Source: Candidatus Zixiibacteriota bacterium (GTDB lineage: Bacteria > Zixibacteria > MSB-5A5 > GN15 > FEB-12). Taken from it: DNA of 64,000 bases. The stretch's first letter is position 1. Each line of letters begins with the position of its first letter. Below, piece after piece: positions 43,767-53,168 of this stretch. The position numbers and the translations under genes were made by a program. The stretch spans positions 486,926-550,925 of the forward strand of contig DAOSXA010000003.1 in assembly GCA_035380245.1 (NCBI GenBank), read 5' to 3'. A model generated the notes under the pieces. It saw only the letters and a program-made list of their open reading frames with translations. It ran no database searches and was not told where the DNA came from.

Positions 43767-46014
43767 TAGTCTGTTGCTGCCTTTCGATTATCTTCAGCGC
43801 TACCAGGGTAGTATCGTCGCGCGGTGGTGAACTCGGATCGTGTTTGTGGACATCGGCCAGAATCGTCTGAATAAGATCGCCTGGATTCACGCGGCGGTTT
43901 TCCGTTACCATATTGCAGACGCGGTCCTCACCGTATTCTTTCCCGTTGTCATCCATAGCCTCCGACAAACCGTCCGTGAACAGGAACAACAGATCGTCCC
44001 GGTTCAATTGCACCGAGGCCGACTCATAATCCATGAACGGAAATGCCCCGATAATCGGACCACCCGTTGACAGATGTTCTACGTTCCCGTCGGATCGAGC
44101 CAGAATCGGGTAATTATGTCCGGCATTGCAATACCGTAATGTCAAGTTATCGGTGTCCAGTTCACCGTAGAACAGAGTCACATATTTTTCGGCGGACGTA
44201 TTCTCCGCCATTTGCTGATTGATATTTCTAAGCATAGTTGCGATCGGGGTGCCGTTGCGCACTTCACTGCGAATCATCGCCTGGGTCTGGGCGATCATCA
44301 ACGCCGCCGGCATGCCCTTGCCCGAGGCGTCGGCGATTACGATCCCTACTTCATGATCGGATTTCTTAATGAAATCATAAAAGTCTCCTCCAACCGTACG
44401 TGACGGGGTAGAGGTGGCGCTGATTTCCGAGCAGGGCGTACGAGGCGGTTCCGACGGGAGCAGGTCGACCTGGATCTGCCGGGCCATGTTGATCTCTTCC
44501 TGGAGACGCAAACGTTCGAGAGATTCAACGTAGAGCCGGGCGTTGGTCAGGGCGGAAACCATTTGATTGGAAAGCACCCCGAGGAGATTGAAATCCTCCG
44601 AGGAATATCGGTACCCGGCGGCTTTACCGGTCAGGGCGACGAATCCCAGCATGTGGTCGGCATCTTTCAGCGGCAGAATCATACGTACCCCGCGACTCTC
44701 CAGAATGGCTGCGAGTTCGGAGCCTGCGCGGTACTCGGACAACGAATGATAATAAGTGGGTGCTTCGAGCAGATTGATGCCGCGCAACATCAGGTCCTCA
44801 CGGTCGGTGACAATCCTTCTCGGATAACGGTCGCTCGGCAGAATGGTGTATTCCTTGATCTCATCGTCGTACAAATCGAAATAAACCTGATCCACCAGAA
44901 GCGCCGTTTTAAGCGTTTCCTCAATTACCTTTCTCAACTGCTTCGGATCGAAACTAGAAATTACCTGTCGTGAAAATCGTTCGATGACGTTGCGATGGTC
45001 CGTTCGCACGCGCATGAACATCGCCTTGACGCCGTTGTCGATCCAGTTGTTGATCGGCTGGAAAAACAACAGGATCAGGATAATAAAACCGTAACTGACC
45101 ATTTCGGCCTGGTCGCCGAACATGGGCGTCAGGATTCGTTCGGCGCGTACCACGGCCAGGACATACAAACCCACCAGCGCCGCGGAGGTAATGGTCGTTA
45201 CAAAACTTTGTTTGAAGACCATTTGCACGTCGAGGAACTGGTGACGGATCGTGGCAACGACGAGCATCGCCGCACCGAACAGCATGCCGGCTATCAACAG
45301 GCTTGAAGATAGCCCCTGCGAAAGACCGCCCCGGGGGAAAAACGCGGCGATCTGCACTACAACGAACACCAGCATCGAGCCTCGGATTCCCCATTGGACC
45401 CACCTGGTCTGAGTTTGCAGACGCGGATTGGTTACGCGGCGAGCGCTGGTTTCGAGGAAAAAGATCGCTATGAAGACATAGAGGAGGTTGATCGCTCCGA
45501 ACACGATTTCTTCGTATCCGTGAAGGGCTCCGATCAAAAGTCGCAACCATGAGAAGAATCTGGCCAGGGGAGTGACGATTAGCGCCGTCAGGCCGGTTCG
45601 CTCCGGTCCTCCGGAGAAGACATCAAGACCACTCACGATATCCGCGAAAAACAGCACGATGACAACGTGCATGATCTGCGGAAGGAATACCAGCCAGCGC
45701 AGTCGCGATATCCGGCTGCCGGAAGTAACATCGGCCGGGAAGAGCCAGACAAAATAAAGCAGGCTCGGGAAAAACAACTCCCAGAGATGGCGCAGACCGA
45801 AAAGAGTAGAACCTTCGAGATTGCCAGAGAGAGATTGATGACTGATCGCCGCCAAACCCATGAAAATCGGCCCGAGTCCCGCAAAGAACAACATAGCTCC
45901 CGTGGCGCGATTCAACCGGTTGGCGAAATTGTCACGAGTAATCGTAACCGCCAGGAAGACAAGGAATCCGCCCGTCAGAAGGTAGCAGATTGTTTTTGCA
46001 AGCTCGAAACTCAT
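43759..46014 (-). CDS. Polytopic-membrane sensor - GAF - PP2C (SpoIIE/RsbU-type) Ser/Thr phosphatase
   Basis: About 9-10 N-terminal TM helices, a central GAF-like domain, and a C-terminal PP2C domain (GGDFYDF, VIADASGKGMPAAL, FTDGLSEA, DDTTLVALK). Confidence 0.8.
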   Translation of the reverse strand: MSFELAKTICYLLTGGFLVFLAVTITRDNFANRLNRATGAMLFFAGLGPIFMGLAAISHQSLSGNLEGSTLFGLRHLWELFFPSLLYFVWLFPADVTSGSRISRLRWLVFLPQIMHVVIVLFFADIVSGLDVFSGGPERTGLTALIVTPLARFFSWLRLLIGALHGYEEIVFGAINLLYVFIAIFFLETSARRVTNPRLQTQTRWVQWGIRGSMLVFVVVQIAAFFPRGGLSQGLSSSLLIAGMLFGAAMLVVATIRHQFLDVQMVFKQSFVTTITSAALVGLYVLAVVRAERILTPMFGDQAEMVSYGFIILILLFFQPINNWIDNGVKAMFMRVRTDHRNVIERFSRQVISSFDPKQLRKVIEETLKTALLVDQVYFDLYDDEIKEYTILPSDRYPRRIVTDREDLMLRGINLLEAPTYYHSLSEYRAGSELAAILESRGVRMILPLKDADHMLGFVALTGKAAGYRYSSEDFNLLGVLSNQMVSALTNARLYVESLERLRLQEEINMARQIQVDLLPSEPPRTPCSEISATSTPSRTVGGDFYDFIKKSDHEVGIVIADASGKGMPAALMIAQTQAMIRSEVRNGTPIATMLRNINQQMAENTSAEKYVTLFYGELDTDNLTLRYCNAGHNYPILARSDGNVEHLSTGGPIIGAFPFMDYESASVQLNRDDLLFLFTDGLSEAMDDNGKEYGEDRVCNMVTENRRVNPGDLIQTILADVHKHDPSSPPRDDTTLVALKIIERQQQTNE

Positions 46015-46040
46015 GGTTCGTGGCTGCTATAGAATAACGT

Positions 46041-46463
46041 TCAACTCAATTTCTTGGTAATGGTGACTCGCGTTCCCCTGGAAGAAGGATTAACATCGAC
46101 CTTATCCATCAGGGAGCGAACAATGAATATCCCGCGACCGACATCCTTAAGCAGGTTCTCATCACTGATCGGATTAGCGATGCCGTCCGGGTTGAATCCG
46201 CGGCCCTGGTCGCTCACTTCGATCGAGACTTCATCACCCGATTTAACGACTTTAACCGTTACCGAAAGATCCACCGAGAGCTTATTCCCGTGAGTGATGG
46301 CGTTGTTGACCAGCTCGGAAACTGATATGGCGACATCGGCAATGAAGGATTCATCAGCGTTCCAGCCGCGCAACAGGCCCTCTACGAACATATCGACATC
46401 GCTGAGAAACTGGTGGTCGGAAGGGATGACAATCGTGTTTCCCACGATCTTGGGTTTCTGCAT
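46041..46463 (-). CDS. Anti-sigma-factor-type Ser kinase (RsbW/SpoIIAB-like HATPase)
   Basis: N-box ELVNNAITHGN, G1 DQGRGF, G2 GRGIFIVRSL; about 140 aa. The start at 46463 (MQKPKIV...) is preferred. Confidence 0.8.
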   Translation of the reverse strand: MQKPKIVGNTIVIPSDHQFLSDVDMFVEGLLRGWNADESFIADVAISVSELVNNAITHGNKLSVDLSVTVKVVKSGDEVSIEVSDQGRGFNPDGIANPISDENLLKDVGRGIFIVRSLMDKVDVNPSSRGTRVTITKKLS

Positions 46464-46544
46464 TATATGTGCGTCTCCTAACAAAAGCGGCAGGCTGCTC
46501 GCAGCCAACCTGCCTTCATGATCTCAATGAATAATCATCCGCTG

Positions 46545-46883
46545 TTATTGGAACGATTGAACCGCCTCGTCGACCGTTTCATAAGCCTCGAAAACCGACG
46601 CCAGCTTCGTTATTTTGAGCAGCGAACGGATTTTTTCGGTCACACGGGCTAGTTTGAGTTGACCATCGCTGTTGCGCAGTGTCGTGAAACCCTGGATCAA
46701 AATTCCCAGGCCGGTTGAATTCATCCACTCAACACCGGCAAGATCGATGACGACTTTTTTCTTATCTCCCTGGATACACTCATAGAGTTTATCATGAAGC
46801 AGGCTGGCGTCCGGACCACCCATTATCTTACCTTTCGGCTCGAGGATGACCACACTGCCTTCTTCGCGAGCTGTAAGTTTCAT
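46545..46883 (-). CDS. STAS-domain anti-anti-sigma factor (RsbV/SpoIIAA-like)
   Basis: 112 aa. VVIDLAGVEWMNSTGLGILI contains the conserved phosphorylatable Ser context. Confidence 0.85.
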   Translation of the reverse strand: MKLTAREEGSVVILEPKGKIMGGPDASLLHDKLYECIQGDKKKVVIDLAGVEWMNSTGLGILIQGFTTLRNSDGQLKLARVTEKIRSLLKITKLASVFEAYETVDEAVQSFQ

Positions 46884-47110
46884 GAATCCGATTCCTCCGC
46901 CACATGGGCGTTATATATAAAGGACAGTTCTATTACGTTGTTGTTTCAACACTTGTTCCGTCGCTGCCGTCGGAACGAAACCGACGCCAACGGCGGAGAT
47001 ATTCCAAACCAAACTACTAAGTAGCCATTCGCCTCCAACAAGTCAAGGTTTTTGACCGTCCGCCCCTTGTAATTACTTGATTGATAGCTACTTGCCTTGT
47101 GGCAATAGCT

Positions 47111-47143
47111 AAAAAAAGAGGCGACCAGGATGATCGCCTCTTT
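47111..47143 (-). terminator. Rho-independent terminator of the OFOR/Nuo-like operon
   Basis: The minus strand reads AGAGGCGA-TCATCCTGG-TCGCCTCT followed by T7, 28 nt after the stop at 47171. Confidence 0.8.
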
Positions 47144-47170
47144 ACCGTGTATTCTCAAAGACGTTCGTTA

Positions 47171-47608
47171 TTAGACGGCCGTCTTATGCTTACGAGCTTT
47201 AATCGGCCGGAAGCTGAGTGCTTTAGTCGGGCAGAAATGAGCACAGACCGGATCGCCGCCGCAAAGGTCGCATTTTACGATCATGTCGTGCTGTGTATCG
47301 TGAAGCGAAGCGCCGAACGGACAAGCCGCTACGCAAGCGCCGCACTTGACGCATTTCTCCTGATTCAACTCGATGGCCCCGGTCTCCTCGTTGAGAGTGA
47401 GGGCTTCGACCAGGCAACTCTTAACGCAGGCCGGATCGTCACAATGCAGACAAACAACCGGTGTAAACAGGTCCGGTTTGCCTGCCGGCAGGGGATAGAT
47501 ACGGCTGCGGCCGGGTTTACCGTTGATCGAATGAGCGAAGGCACAGGCCATTTCACAGGTGCGGCAGCCGGTGCACAGGTCCGGTACTACTACCAGGCGA
47601 GATTTCAT
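47171..47608 (-). CDS. Polyferredoxin ([4Fe-4S] multi-cluster, HycB/DmsB-like)
   Basis: CTGCRTCEMAC, CLHCDDPACVKSC, CVKCGACVAACP, CDLCGGDPVCAHFCP: four cluster motifs in ~145 aa. ATGA overlap with the upstream gene. The start at 47608 is preferred. Confidence 0.8.
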   Translation of the reverse strand: MKSRLVVVPDLCTGCRTCEMACAFAHSINGKPGRSRIYPLPAGKPDLFTPVVCLHCDDPACVKSCLVEALTLNEETGAIELNQEKCVKCGACVAACPFGASLHDTQHDMIVKCDLCGGDPVCAHFCPTKALSFRPIKARKHKTAV

Positions 47609-48381
47609 GACTGCTCCTCCCGTGCCCAGCCGACCACCGCTCCCATCGTCAAGGAAAGCTCCTTGCGGTGACAGGCATCGCACTTCTCGAAGTATTCCAT
47701 CGGTATGCCGCGACGCTCGCTCAGAGCCTCGGCAAACTCACGTGTTATCGTGGTTGCGCCGCACTCTTTGCAGGTGAGCAGCTCGAACGTTTTGCCCCAG
47801 ATGGTCCGTTTGCCGTTGACGTCGGTGAATTTAATCACATGAGTCGGGCAGTTGAGCGCACAGCTAAGGCACCCGACACAATCCGGGGGGGCTTCCTTCA
47901 TCGGTGGGGCGACTTCTTTGGTATGGCCGCGACCGACGGTAGAAATGGCGTTGAACCCCAACCGCGAACAGATTCTGGTGCACAAACCACAGAGAATGCA
48001 ATTGTCGCCGTTGACCACCGGTTCGTAGCTGGTTTCATTGACGCCGTACTGAGCGGCCATTTCTCTAATTTCCGGCGAGCCGGGGCATCGAGCCAGCAGC
48101 AGATCGATCAAGGTTTTACGCAGCTCGATCACTTTAGCCGAATGCGTATGGACAATGAGGTCCTGCTCGACCGGGTACAGGCAGGAAGTAACGTAGTTCT
48201 TCCAACCGTTCCAGGACTCTTTGGTGATCTCGACCGTGCAAAGCCTGCAGGCTCCGAACGGTTCGACCGCCTCATGATGGCAAAGGGCGGGGATGTCTAT
48301 CCCCATGCGGCGAATTACCGCCAGAAGCATCTCACCTTCTTCGGCCTGGACCACTCTTCCGTTTATAGTCAGACTTACCAT
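47605..48381 (-). CDS. [2Fe-2S]/[4Fe-4S] protein resembling the N-terminal third of NuoG/HydA, with no catalytic domain
   Basis: The N-terminal LTINGRVVQAEEGEMLL..ALCHHEAVEPFGACRLCTVE is a plant-type 2Fe-2S as in NuoG/HydA. CILCGLCTRIC and CVGCLSCALNCP are present. At only 258 aa it has no H-cluster or molybdopterin domain. Confidence 0.7.
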   Translation of the reverse strand: MVSLTINGRVVQAEEGEMLLAVIRRMGIDIPALCHHEAVEPFGACRLCTVEITKESWNGWKNYVTSCLYPVEQDLIVHTHSAKVIELRKTLIDLLLARCPGSPEIREMAAQYGVNETSYEPVVNGDNCILCGLCTRICSRLGFNAISTVGRGHTKEVAPPMKEAPPDCVGCLSCALNCPTHVIKFTDVNGKRTIWGKTFELLTCKECGATTITREFAEALSERRGIPMEYFEKCDACHRKELSLTMGAVVGWAREEQS

Positions 48382-48391
48382 TCAGTATCTC

Positions 48392-50248
48392 CTAAACAAC
48401 CTCGATGGCATTGTGCTGACAGACGGCGTAGCAGGCGCCGCATTTGTCACACTTGTCCTGATTGATGAAATGAGGTTCCTTTTTCTTACCGGTGATCGCT
48501 TCATGGGCGCAGGCAGAAATACAGGCCATGCAGCCGTTACAGATCTCCGGATCGATTTTATAGGTAATAAGCGCCCGACAAACACCGGCCGGACACCGCT
48601 TGTCGCGGATGTGCGCCAGGTATTCATCGCGGAAATAACGAATTGTCGACAGGAACGGATTCGGGCCGGATTTCCCCAGTCCGCAAAGCGAACCGATCAC
48701 GATATTTTCCGAGAGTTTCTCCATTTTGTCGAGATCTTCCTCGGTCGCGCGGCCTTCGCTCACCGCTACCGCCAGGGCGTGCAACTGGTACAAACCTTCG
48801 CGGCAGGGGACACACTTACCGCAGGATTCATCGATGAGGAATTGGAGGAAGTATTTCGCGACATCGACCACGCAGGTGCGGTCGTCCATCACGATCATTC
48901 CGCCGGAGCCCATCATCGAACCAGCCTGAGTCAGGGTGTCGAAATCGACCGACAAATCGAGTTTCTCTTCCGGCAAACAACCGCCCGAGGGGCCGCCGGT
49001 CTGGACCGCTTTGAACGGCCGGTCTTTGATTACACCACCACCGATATCGTAGATGATCTGTTTCAGGGTGGTGCCCATCGGCACTTCGATCAACCCGGTG
49101 TTGCGCACCTTGCCGACGAGTGAGAAAGCCTTGGTTCCGGTAGATTTGGCCGTACCGATCGAGGAGAACCACTTGCCGCCTTTGGCGATGATCACCGGGA
49201 CGTTGGCATAGCTCTCGACATTGTTCAGCACGGTCGGTTTGTCGAACAAACCCTTTTGAACCGAACGGATATATTTGGCTCGCGGTTCGCCGACCTCACC
49301 CGCCACCGACAGCATGAGAGCCGAAGACTCGCCGCAAACGAAAGCACCGCCGCCGCGACTGACATGGATGTCGAAATCGAAGCCGGTTCCAAGAATGTTT
49401 TCTCCCAGCAGTCCCAGGGCCTGCGCTTGTTCGATAGCTTTCTGCAGGTTGACAACCGCCAGGGGATACTCCTCGCGGACGTAAATGTACCCGTTGTGGG
49501 AGCCGACCGCCCAGGCGGCGATAATCATCCCTTCGATCACCGAATGCGGATCGCCTTCCATAATGGCGCGATCCATGAACGCGCCGGGGTCGCCCTCGTC
49601 GCCGTTGCAGATCACGTAACGGGGTTCATCGTCGATCTTCGCGCAAGTAGCCCACTTGCGTCCGGTCGGGAAACCGCCGCCGCCGCGACCACGCAGACCG
49701 GAGGCGATAACCTCGTCGATCACTTCCTGCGGTTTCATCTTCGAAAGCGCCTTCGCCATCGCTTCGTAACCGCCGATGGCGATGTACTCGTCGATGTCGC
49801 ACTGGCGAATCTTGCCGATGTTCCGCAGGGCGATCCGGTTCTGCAGTTTGTAGAACGGGATTTCTTTGTAGTCGGTGTAGGTCTTGCCGTCGGCGGCATT
49901 GGTATAGAGCAACCGCTCGACAATCTCTTTCTTTTTAATCGAGGTTTCTATGATCTCCTCGACATCCCTGACTTTCACTTTCGTGTAGAACACGCCGTCC
50001 GGTTCGATAATAACCAACGGTCCCTGCTCGCAGAAACCATGACAACCGGTTTCCTTGAGAGCCTCGACCGAGAATCCCTTGATCTTTTTATCCTTGATGA
50101 CCTTATGGAATTCGTCGCTGATCTTCTTAGCGCCGTTGGCCAGACATCCCGGACCGCAGCATATCAGCACCGTTCGAGGGTGCTTGTTCATCCTCTCCAG
50201 ATTTGTCTTCCGGAGATCCTTAAGCTGACTAATGGTCTCGATTCGCAT
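48392..50248 (-). CDS. NuoF-like NAD(H)/FMN subunit of HydB/HndC architecture
   Basis: N-terminal thioredoxin-like 2Fe-2S (CCGPGC..CHGFCEQGP), RGRGGGGFPTGRKW, ESCGKCVPCREG, and C-terminal 2x[4Fe-4S] (CNGCMACISAC, CDKCGACYAVC). Confidence 0.85.
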   Translation of the reverse strand: MRIETISQLKDLRKTNLERMNKHPRTVLICCGPGCLANGAKKISDEFHKVIKDKKIKGFSVEALKETGCHGFCEQGPLVIIEPDGVFYTKVKVRDVEEIIETSIKKKEIVERLLYTNAADGKTYTDYKEIPFYKLQNRIALRNIGKIRQCDIDEYIAIGGYEAMAKALSKMKPQEVIDEVIASGLRGRGGGGFPTGRKWATCAKIDDEPRYVICNGDEGDPGAFMDRAIMEGDPHSVIEGMIIAAWAVGSHNGYIYVREEYPLAVVNLQKAIEQAQALGLLGENILGTGFDFDIHVSRGGGAFVCGESSALMLSVAGEVGEPRAKYIRSVQKGLFDKPTVLNNVESYANVPVIIAKGGKWFSSIGTAKSTGTKAFSLVGKVRNTGLIEVPMGTTLKQIIYDIGGGVIKDRPFKAVQTGGPSGGCLPEEKLDLSVDFDTLTQAGSMMGSGGMIVMDDRTCVVDVAKYFLQFLIDESCGKCVPCREGLYQLHALAVAVSEGRATEEDLDKMEKLSENIVIGSLCGLGKSGPNPFLSTIRYFRDEYLAHIRDKRCPAGVCRALITYKIDPEICNGCMACISACAHEAITGKKKEPHFINQDKCDKCGACYAVCQHNAIEVV

Positions 50249-50249
50249 A

Positions 50250-50714
50250 TCAGTCCTTCTTGTTTGTCTTGACCAGTCGCTTGACGTTTGCGACGGTCAC
50301 GCCGCCGTGGAACTCATCGTTGACCGCCACCACCGGAGCCATGGCGCAGGCGCCGACGCATGCGACCACCTCGATCGAGAATTTCCCGTCTTCGGTGGTC
50401 TCTCCAGCTTTGATCTTGAGCAGATTCTCAAGTTGTTGCTGAATTTGCTTGGAGCCGCGAATATGGCAGGTGGTGCCGACGCATATGCGAATAACCTTCT
50501 CACCTTTAGGATTCAGGCTAAAGGCGTTATAGAAGGTAGAAACCGAGAATACCTTCGAAAGCGGAACACCCAGACGTTTGGCTGTCTCCTCGAGCGCGTG
50601 GCAGGGGAGAAAATTGTACTCCTTCTGGATATCCTGCAGAACGGCTATTAATGATTCCGGAGCACTCGGGTAGCGGTCAAAAATCTCCGGAAGTTTAGAG
50701 AAATCGTGTTTCAT
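50250..50714 (-). CDS. NuoE-like thioredoxin-type [2Fe-2S] subunit (HydC/HndA-like)
   Basis: CVGTTCHIRG ... ACVGACAMAPVV cysteine pattern; 154 aa. ATGA overlap with the OFOR gamma gene. Confidence 0.85.
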   Translation of the reverse strand: MKHDFSKLPEIFDRYPSAPESLIAVLQDIQKEYNFLPCHALEETAKRLGVPLSKVFSVSTFYNAFSLNPKGEKVIRICVGTTCHIRGSKQIQQQLENLLKIKAGETTEDGKFSIEVVACVGACAMAPVVAVNDEFHGGVTVANVKRLVKTNKKD

Positions 50715-51274
50715 GCCTTTACCTTCCGACCGAGAACTTCCCGGGACAGTTTGTATCCCTCTTCGAGAGCTTTCATGTTGACCGGCAGGGCTTCTTTCTT
50801 TTTGCCCAGCTTCAACTTGATCGTATCCTTGATGGTGTCGTATCCGACCACCTCAGTGGCGCCGATAAACGCACCCAGTACGGCGATATTGGCCGCTTTG
50901 GGATTACCGATTTTCATGGCGATATCGTTGGCCGGAACGAGCAGTTCGGTAATATCGTCACGATCGGTGGTAACGTCGATCAGGGAGCTGTTGACGATCG
51001 AAAGACCCTGCGGTTTGATCCTCGGGACAAACTTATCGAATGAGGGACGATTGAACACCACCGCACAACGGGGGTTGCTGATGATCGGCGAACCGATCCG
51101 GGTGTCTGAAATAACCACCATGCAATAGGCGGTGCCGCCACGCATCTCCGGGCCGTACGAGGGAATCCAGGCTACCTGTTTTCCTTCGGCGATACCGGCG
51201 TAAGCCAGCAATTGTCCGGCGGTCATGATGCCCTGGCCGCCGAAACCGGCAAAGAGAACTTCATACTGTTTCAT
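50711..51274 (-). CDS. 2-oxoacid:ferredoxin oxidoreductase, gamma subunit
   Basis: The N-terminus MKQYEVLFAGFGGQGIMTAGQLLA is typical of OFOR gamma; about 187 aa. The start at 51274 is preferred. Confidence 0.85.
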   Translation of the reverse strand: MKQYEVLFAGFGGQGIMTAGQLLAYAGIAEGKQVAWIPSYGPEMRGGTAYCMVVISDTRIGSPIISNPRCAVVFNRPSFDKFVPRIKPQGLSIVNSSLIDVTTDRDDITELLVPANDIAMKIGNPKAANIAVLGAFIGATEVVGYDTIKDTIKLKLGKKKEALPVNMKALEEGYKLSREVLGRKVKA

Positions 51275-52038
51275 TGGCCGCCTCCATCCTCGACGTAGTC
51301 CTTGTAACAACCCAGCGGATAGTAGGCGAGCATGTTGTTCTTAAGCCATTCCTGTGCCGCGCTCGGGGTCAATCCCCAGTTGGTCGGACATGTCGAGAGG
51401 ACTTCGACCAGGGTGAAGCACTTCCCGGCTTTTTGCAGTGTAAAAGCCTTCTTGATGGCTCGTTTGGCTTGAACGATATGTTTGGGATCGTGTACCGATA
51501 CCCGCTCGATGTAGGCGGGGGTTTGGAGCGACGACAACAATTCCGACATGCGAATCGGCCATCCCACCAGGGCGTTGTTACGTCCGAACGGACAGGTCGT
51601 GGTAACCTGACCGCTCAGCGTGGTCGGAGCCATCTGTCCTCCGGTCATGCCGTAAATAGCGTTATTGACGAAGATCGTAGTGAACTTCTCCCCGCGATTG
51701 GCGGCGTGAACGATTTCGCCCATACCGATCGAGGCCAGATCGCCGTCGCCCTGATAGGTGAAAACGATCATGTCCGGTCGGATGCGTTTGAACCCGGTCG
51801 CCAGTGCCGGAGCGCGGCCGTGCGGGGCTTCCAGGAAATCGGTTTTGAGATAATTGTAGCAGAGCACCGAGCAGCCCACCGGGGCGACACCGCAGGTATT
51901 TTCTCGTTCGCCGATTTCATCGATAGCTTCGGCCACCAGACGATGAATCACACCGTGGGTACAACCGGGGCAGTAGTGGGTGACATTGTCATACATTGCC
52001 TCGGGCCGATCGAACAGTATTGTATTATCTGTTTTCAT
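51271..52038 (-). CDS. 2-oxoacid:ferredoxin oxidoreductase, beta (TPP-binding) subunit
   Basis: CPGCTHG cysteines. TPP motif GDGDLASIGMGEIVHAANRGEKFTTIFVNNAIYGMTGGQ. The start at 52038 (MKTDNTILF...) is preferred over the Arg-rich extension to 52191. Confidence 0.9.
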   Translation of the reverse strand: MKTDNTILFDRPEAMYDNVTHYCPGCTHGVIHRLVAEAIDEIGERENTCGVAPVGCSVLCYNYLKTDFLEAPHGRAPALATGFKRIRPDMIVFTYQGDGDLASIGMGEIVHAANRGEKFTTIFVNNAIYGMTGGQMAPTTLSGQVTTTCPFGRNNALVGWPIRMSELLSSLQTPAYIERVSVHDPKHIVQAKRAIKKAFTLQKAGKCFTLVEVLSTCPTNWGLTPSAAQEWLKNNMLAYYPLGCYKDYVEDGGGQ

Positions 52039-52045
52039 ATCAACC

Positions 52046-53143
52046 TCAGGCTTTCTTCTTTCGGGTCGTCGTTTTCTTCGTGCCGACGATCTGATGAATC
52101 TGTTCTTTGACCTCTTCCGGTGAAGGAACGATACCGCCGGTGCGGCCGTAGAAATGAACTTTCTTCTTGCCGACCACCGACCGGACCACATCCTCGTACA
52201 TCTGCGCCGTGCTCATCTCGACCACCAGCGCGGCCTTGATGTTTTTCTTGGCGACTTCGTTGTATATCTGTTCCTCACAAAGGGGGAAGAGGGTGATGGG
52301 ACGAAGCAACCCGACGGAAATTCCTTCGTCGGCCAGTTCATCGATAGCGGTCTGGCAAATACGGGCCATTGTCCCGTAGGAAATGATCAGCACCTGGTTT
52401 TTGTCCGAGACACGGTATTTTTCGAATCTGATTTCTTCTCGGGCCATTTGCCGGTACTTGTCCTGAAGCATCCAGCTATTTTTCTCCAGGCCGACCGGGT
52501 CGAGGAAGAGCGATTTGATAATTCTCGGATTACGTCCGGCACAACCGGTCGCGGCCCATTCGTCCGTTGAGGGCAACTCCGGTTCGGTGTAATTCTCGGG
52601 GAATTCTACCGCTTCCATCATCTGGCCGATCATACCGTCGCCGATCATCATGACCGGATTGCGGTATTTATCCGCCAGATGGAAGGACAACATCATCAGG
52701 TCGACCGCTTCCTGAATCGATGACGGCGCCAGGACGAGCACACGATAATCACCGTGTCCGCCGCCCTTGACCGCCTGATTGTAGTCAGACTGAGCCGGGA
52801 GGATACCGCCCAGGCCGGGACCGCCGCGCATGATGTTGACGATCACGACCGGGAGAGATGCTCCCGCCATGTAAGAGATTGCCTCCTGCATCAGGCTGAT
52901 GCCCGGGCTGGAGGAAGTAGTGAAACAGCGTTTGCCGGTCGACGCAGCGCCGAAAAGCATGTTGGCCACGGCCAACTCGCTTTCGCCCTGCAGAAACACG
53001 CCGCCGACCTCGGGCATCCGCCGCGCCAGGTATTCCGCTACCTCCGTCTGAGGCGTAATCGGATAGCAGAAGTAGTTGGTCGCGCCGGCCCGGATGGCAG
53101 CCTCGGCAATCGCTTCGTTTCCTTTCATAAGTATTTTTGCCAT
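52046..53143 (-). CDS. 2-oxoacid:ferredoxin oxidoreductase, alpha subunit
   Basis: The N-terminus MAKILMKGNEAIAEAAIRAGATNYFCYPITPQTE is typical of OFOR alpha; about 365 aa. The start at 53143 is preferred. Confidence 0.9.
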   Translation of the reverse strand: MAKILMKGNEAIAEAAIRAGATNYFCYPITPQTEVAEYLARRMPEVGGVFLQGESELAVANMLFGAASTGKRCFTTSSSPGISLMQEAISYMAGASLPVVIVNIMRGGPGLGGILPAQSDYNQAVKGGGHGDYRVLVLAPSSIQEAVDLMMLSFHLADKYRNPVMMIGDGMIGQMMEAVEFPENYTEPELPSTDEWAATGCAGRNPRIIKSLFLDPVGLEKNSWMLQDKYRQMAREEIRFEKYRVSDKNQVLIISYGTMARICQTAIDELADEGISVGLLRPITLFPLCEEQIYNEVAKKNIKAALVVEMSTAQMYEDVVRSVVGKKKVHFYGRTGGIVPSPEEVKEQIHQIVGTKKTTTRKKKA

Positions 53144-53168
53144 ATCTTCAATCCCTGTTCCGTACCGG

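Noticed and set aside
44954-45550. 198-aa same-strand, alternative-frame ORF inside the PP2C phosphatase gene (Arg/Pro-rich)
   Set aside because: It lies out of frame within the TM/GAF region of a well-supported 751-aa ORF. The composition (R, P, G) is typical of an off-frame reading.
47668-52110. A chain of long plus-strand ORFs (265, 276, 338, 139, 140 and 278 aa) across the Nuo-like/OFOR operon
   Set aside because: All are antisense to genes with strong Fe-S, FMN and TPP motifs and tight ATGA coupling on the minus strand. These are shadow ORFs.
52039-52191. Arg/Lys-rich N-terminal extensions of OFOR beta (to 52191), alpha (to 53224), gamma (to 51310) and the polyferredoxin (to 47683)
   Set aside because: Each extension overlaps the 3' end of the preceding conserved gene. 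Internal ATGs give canonical family N-termini and ATGA or short-gap coupling.
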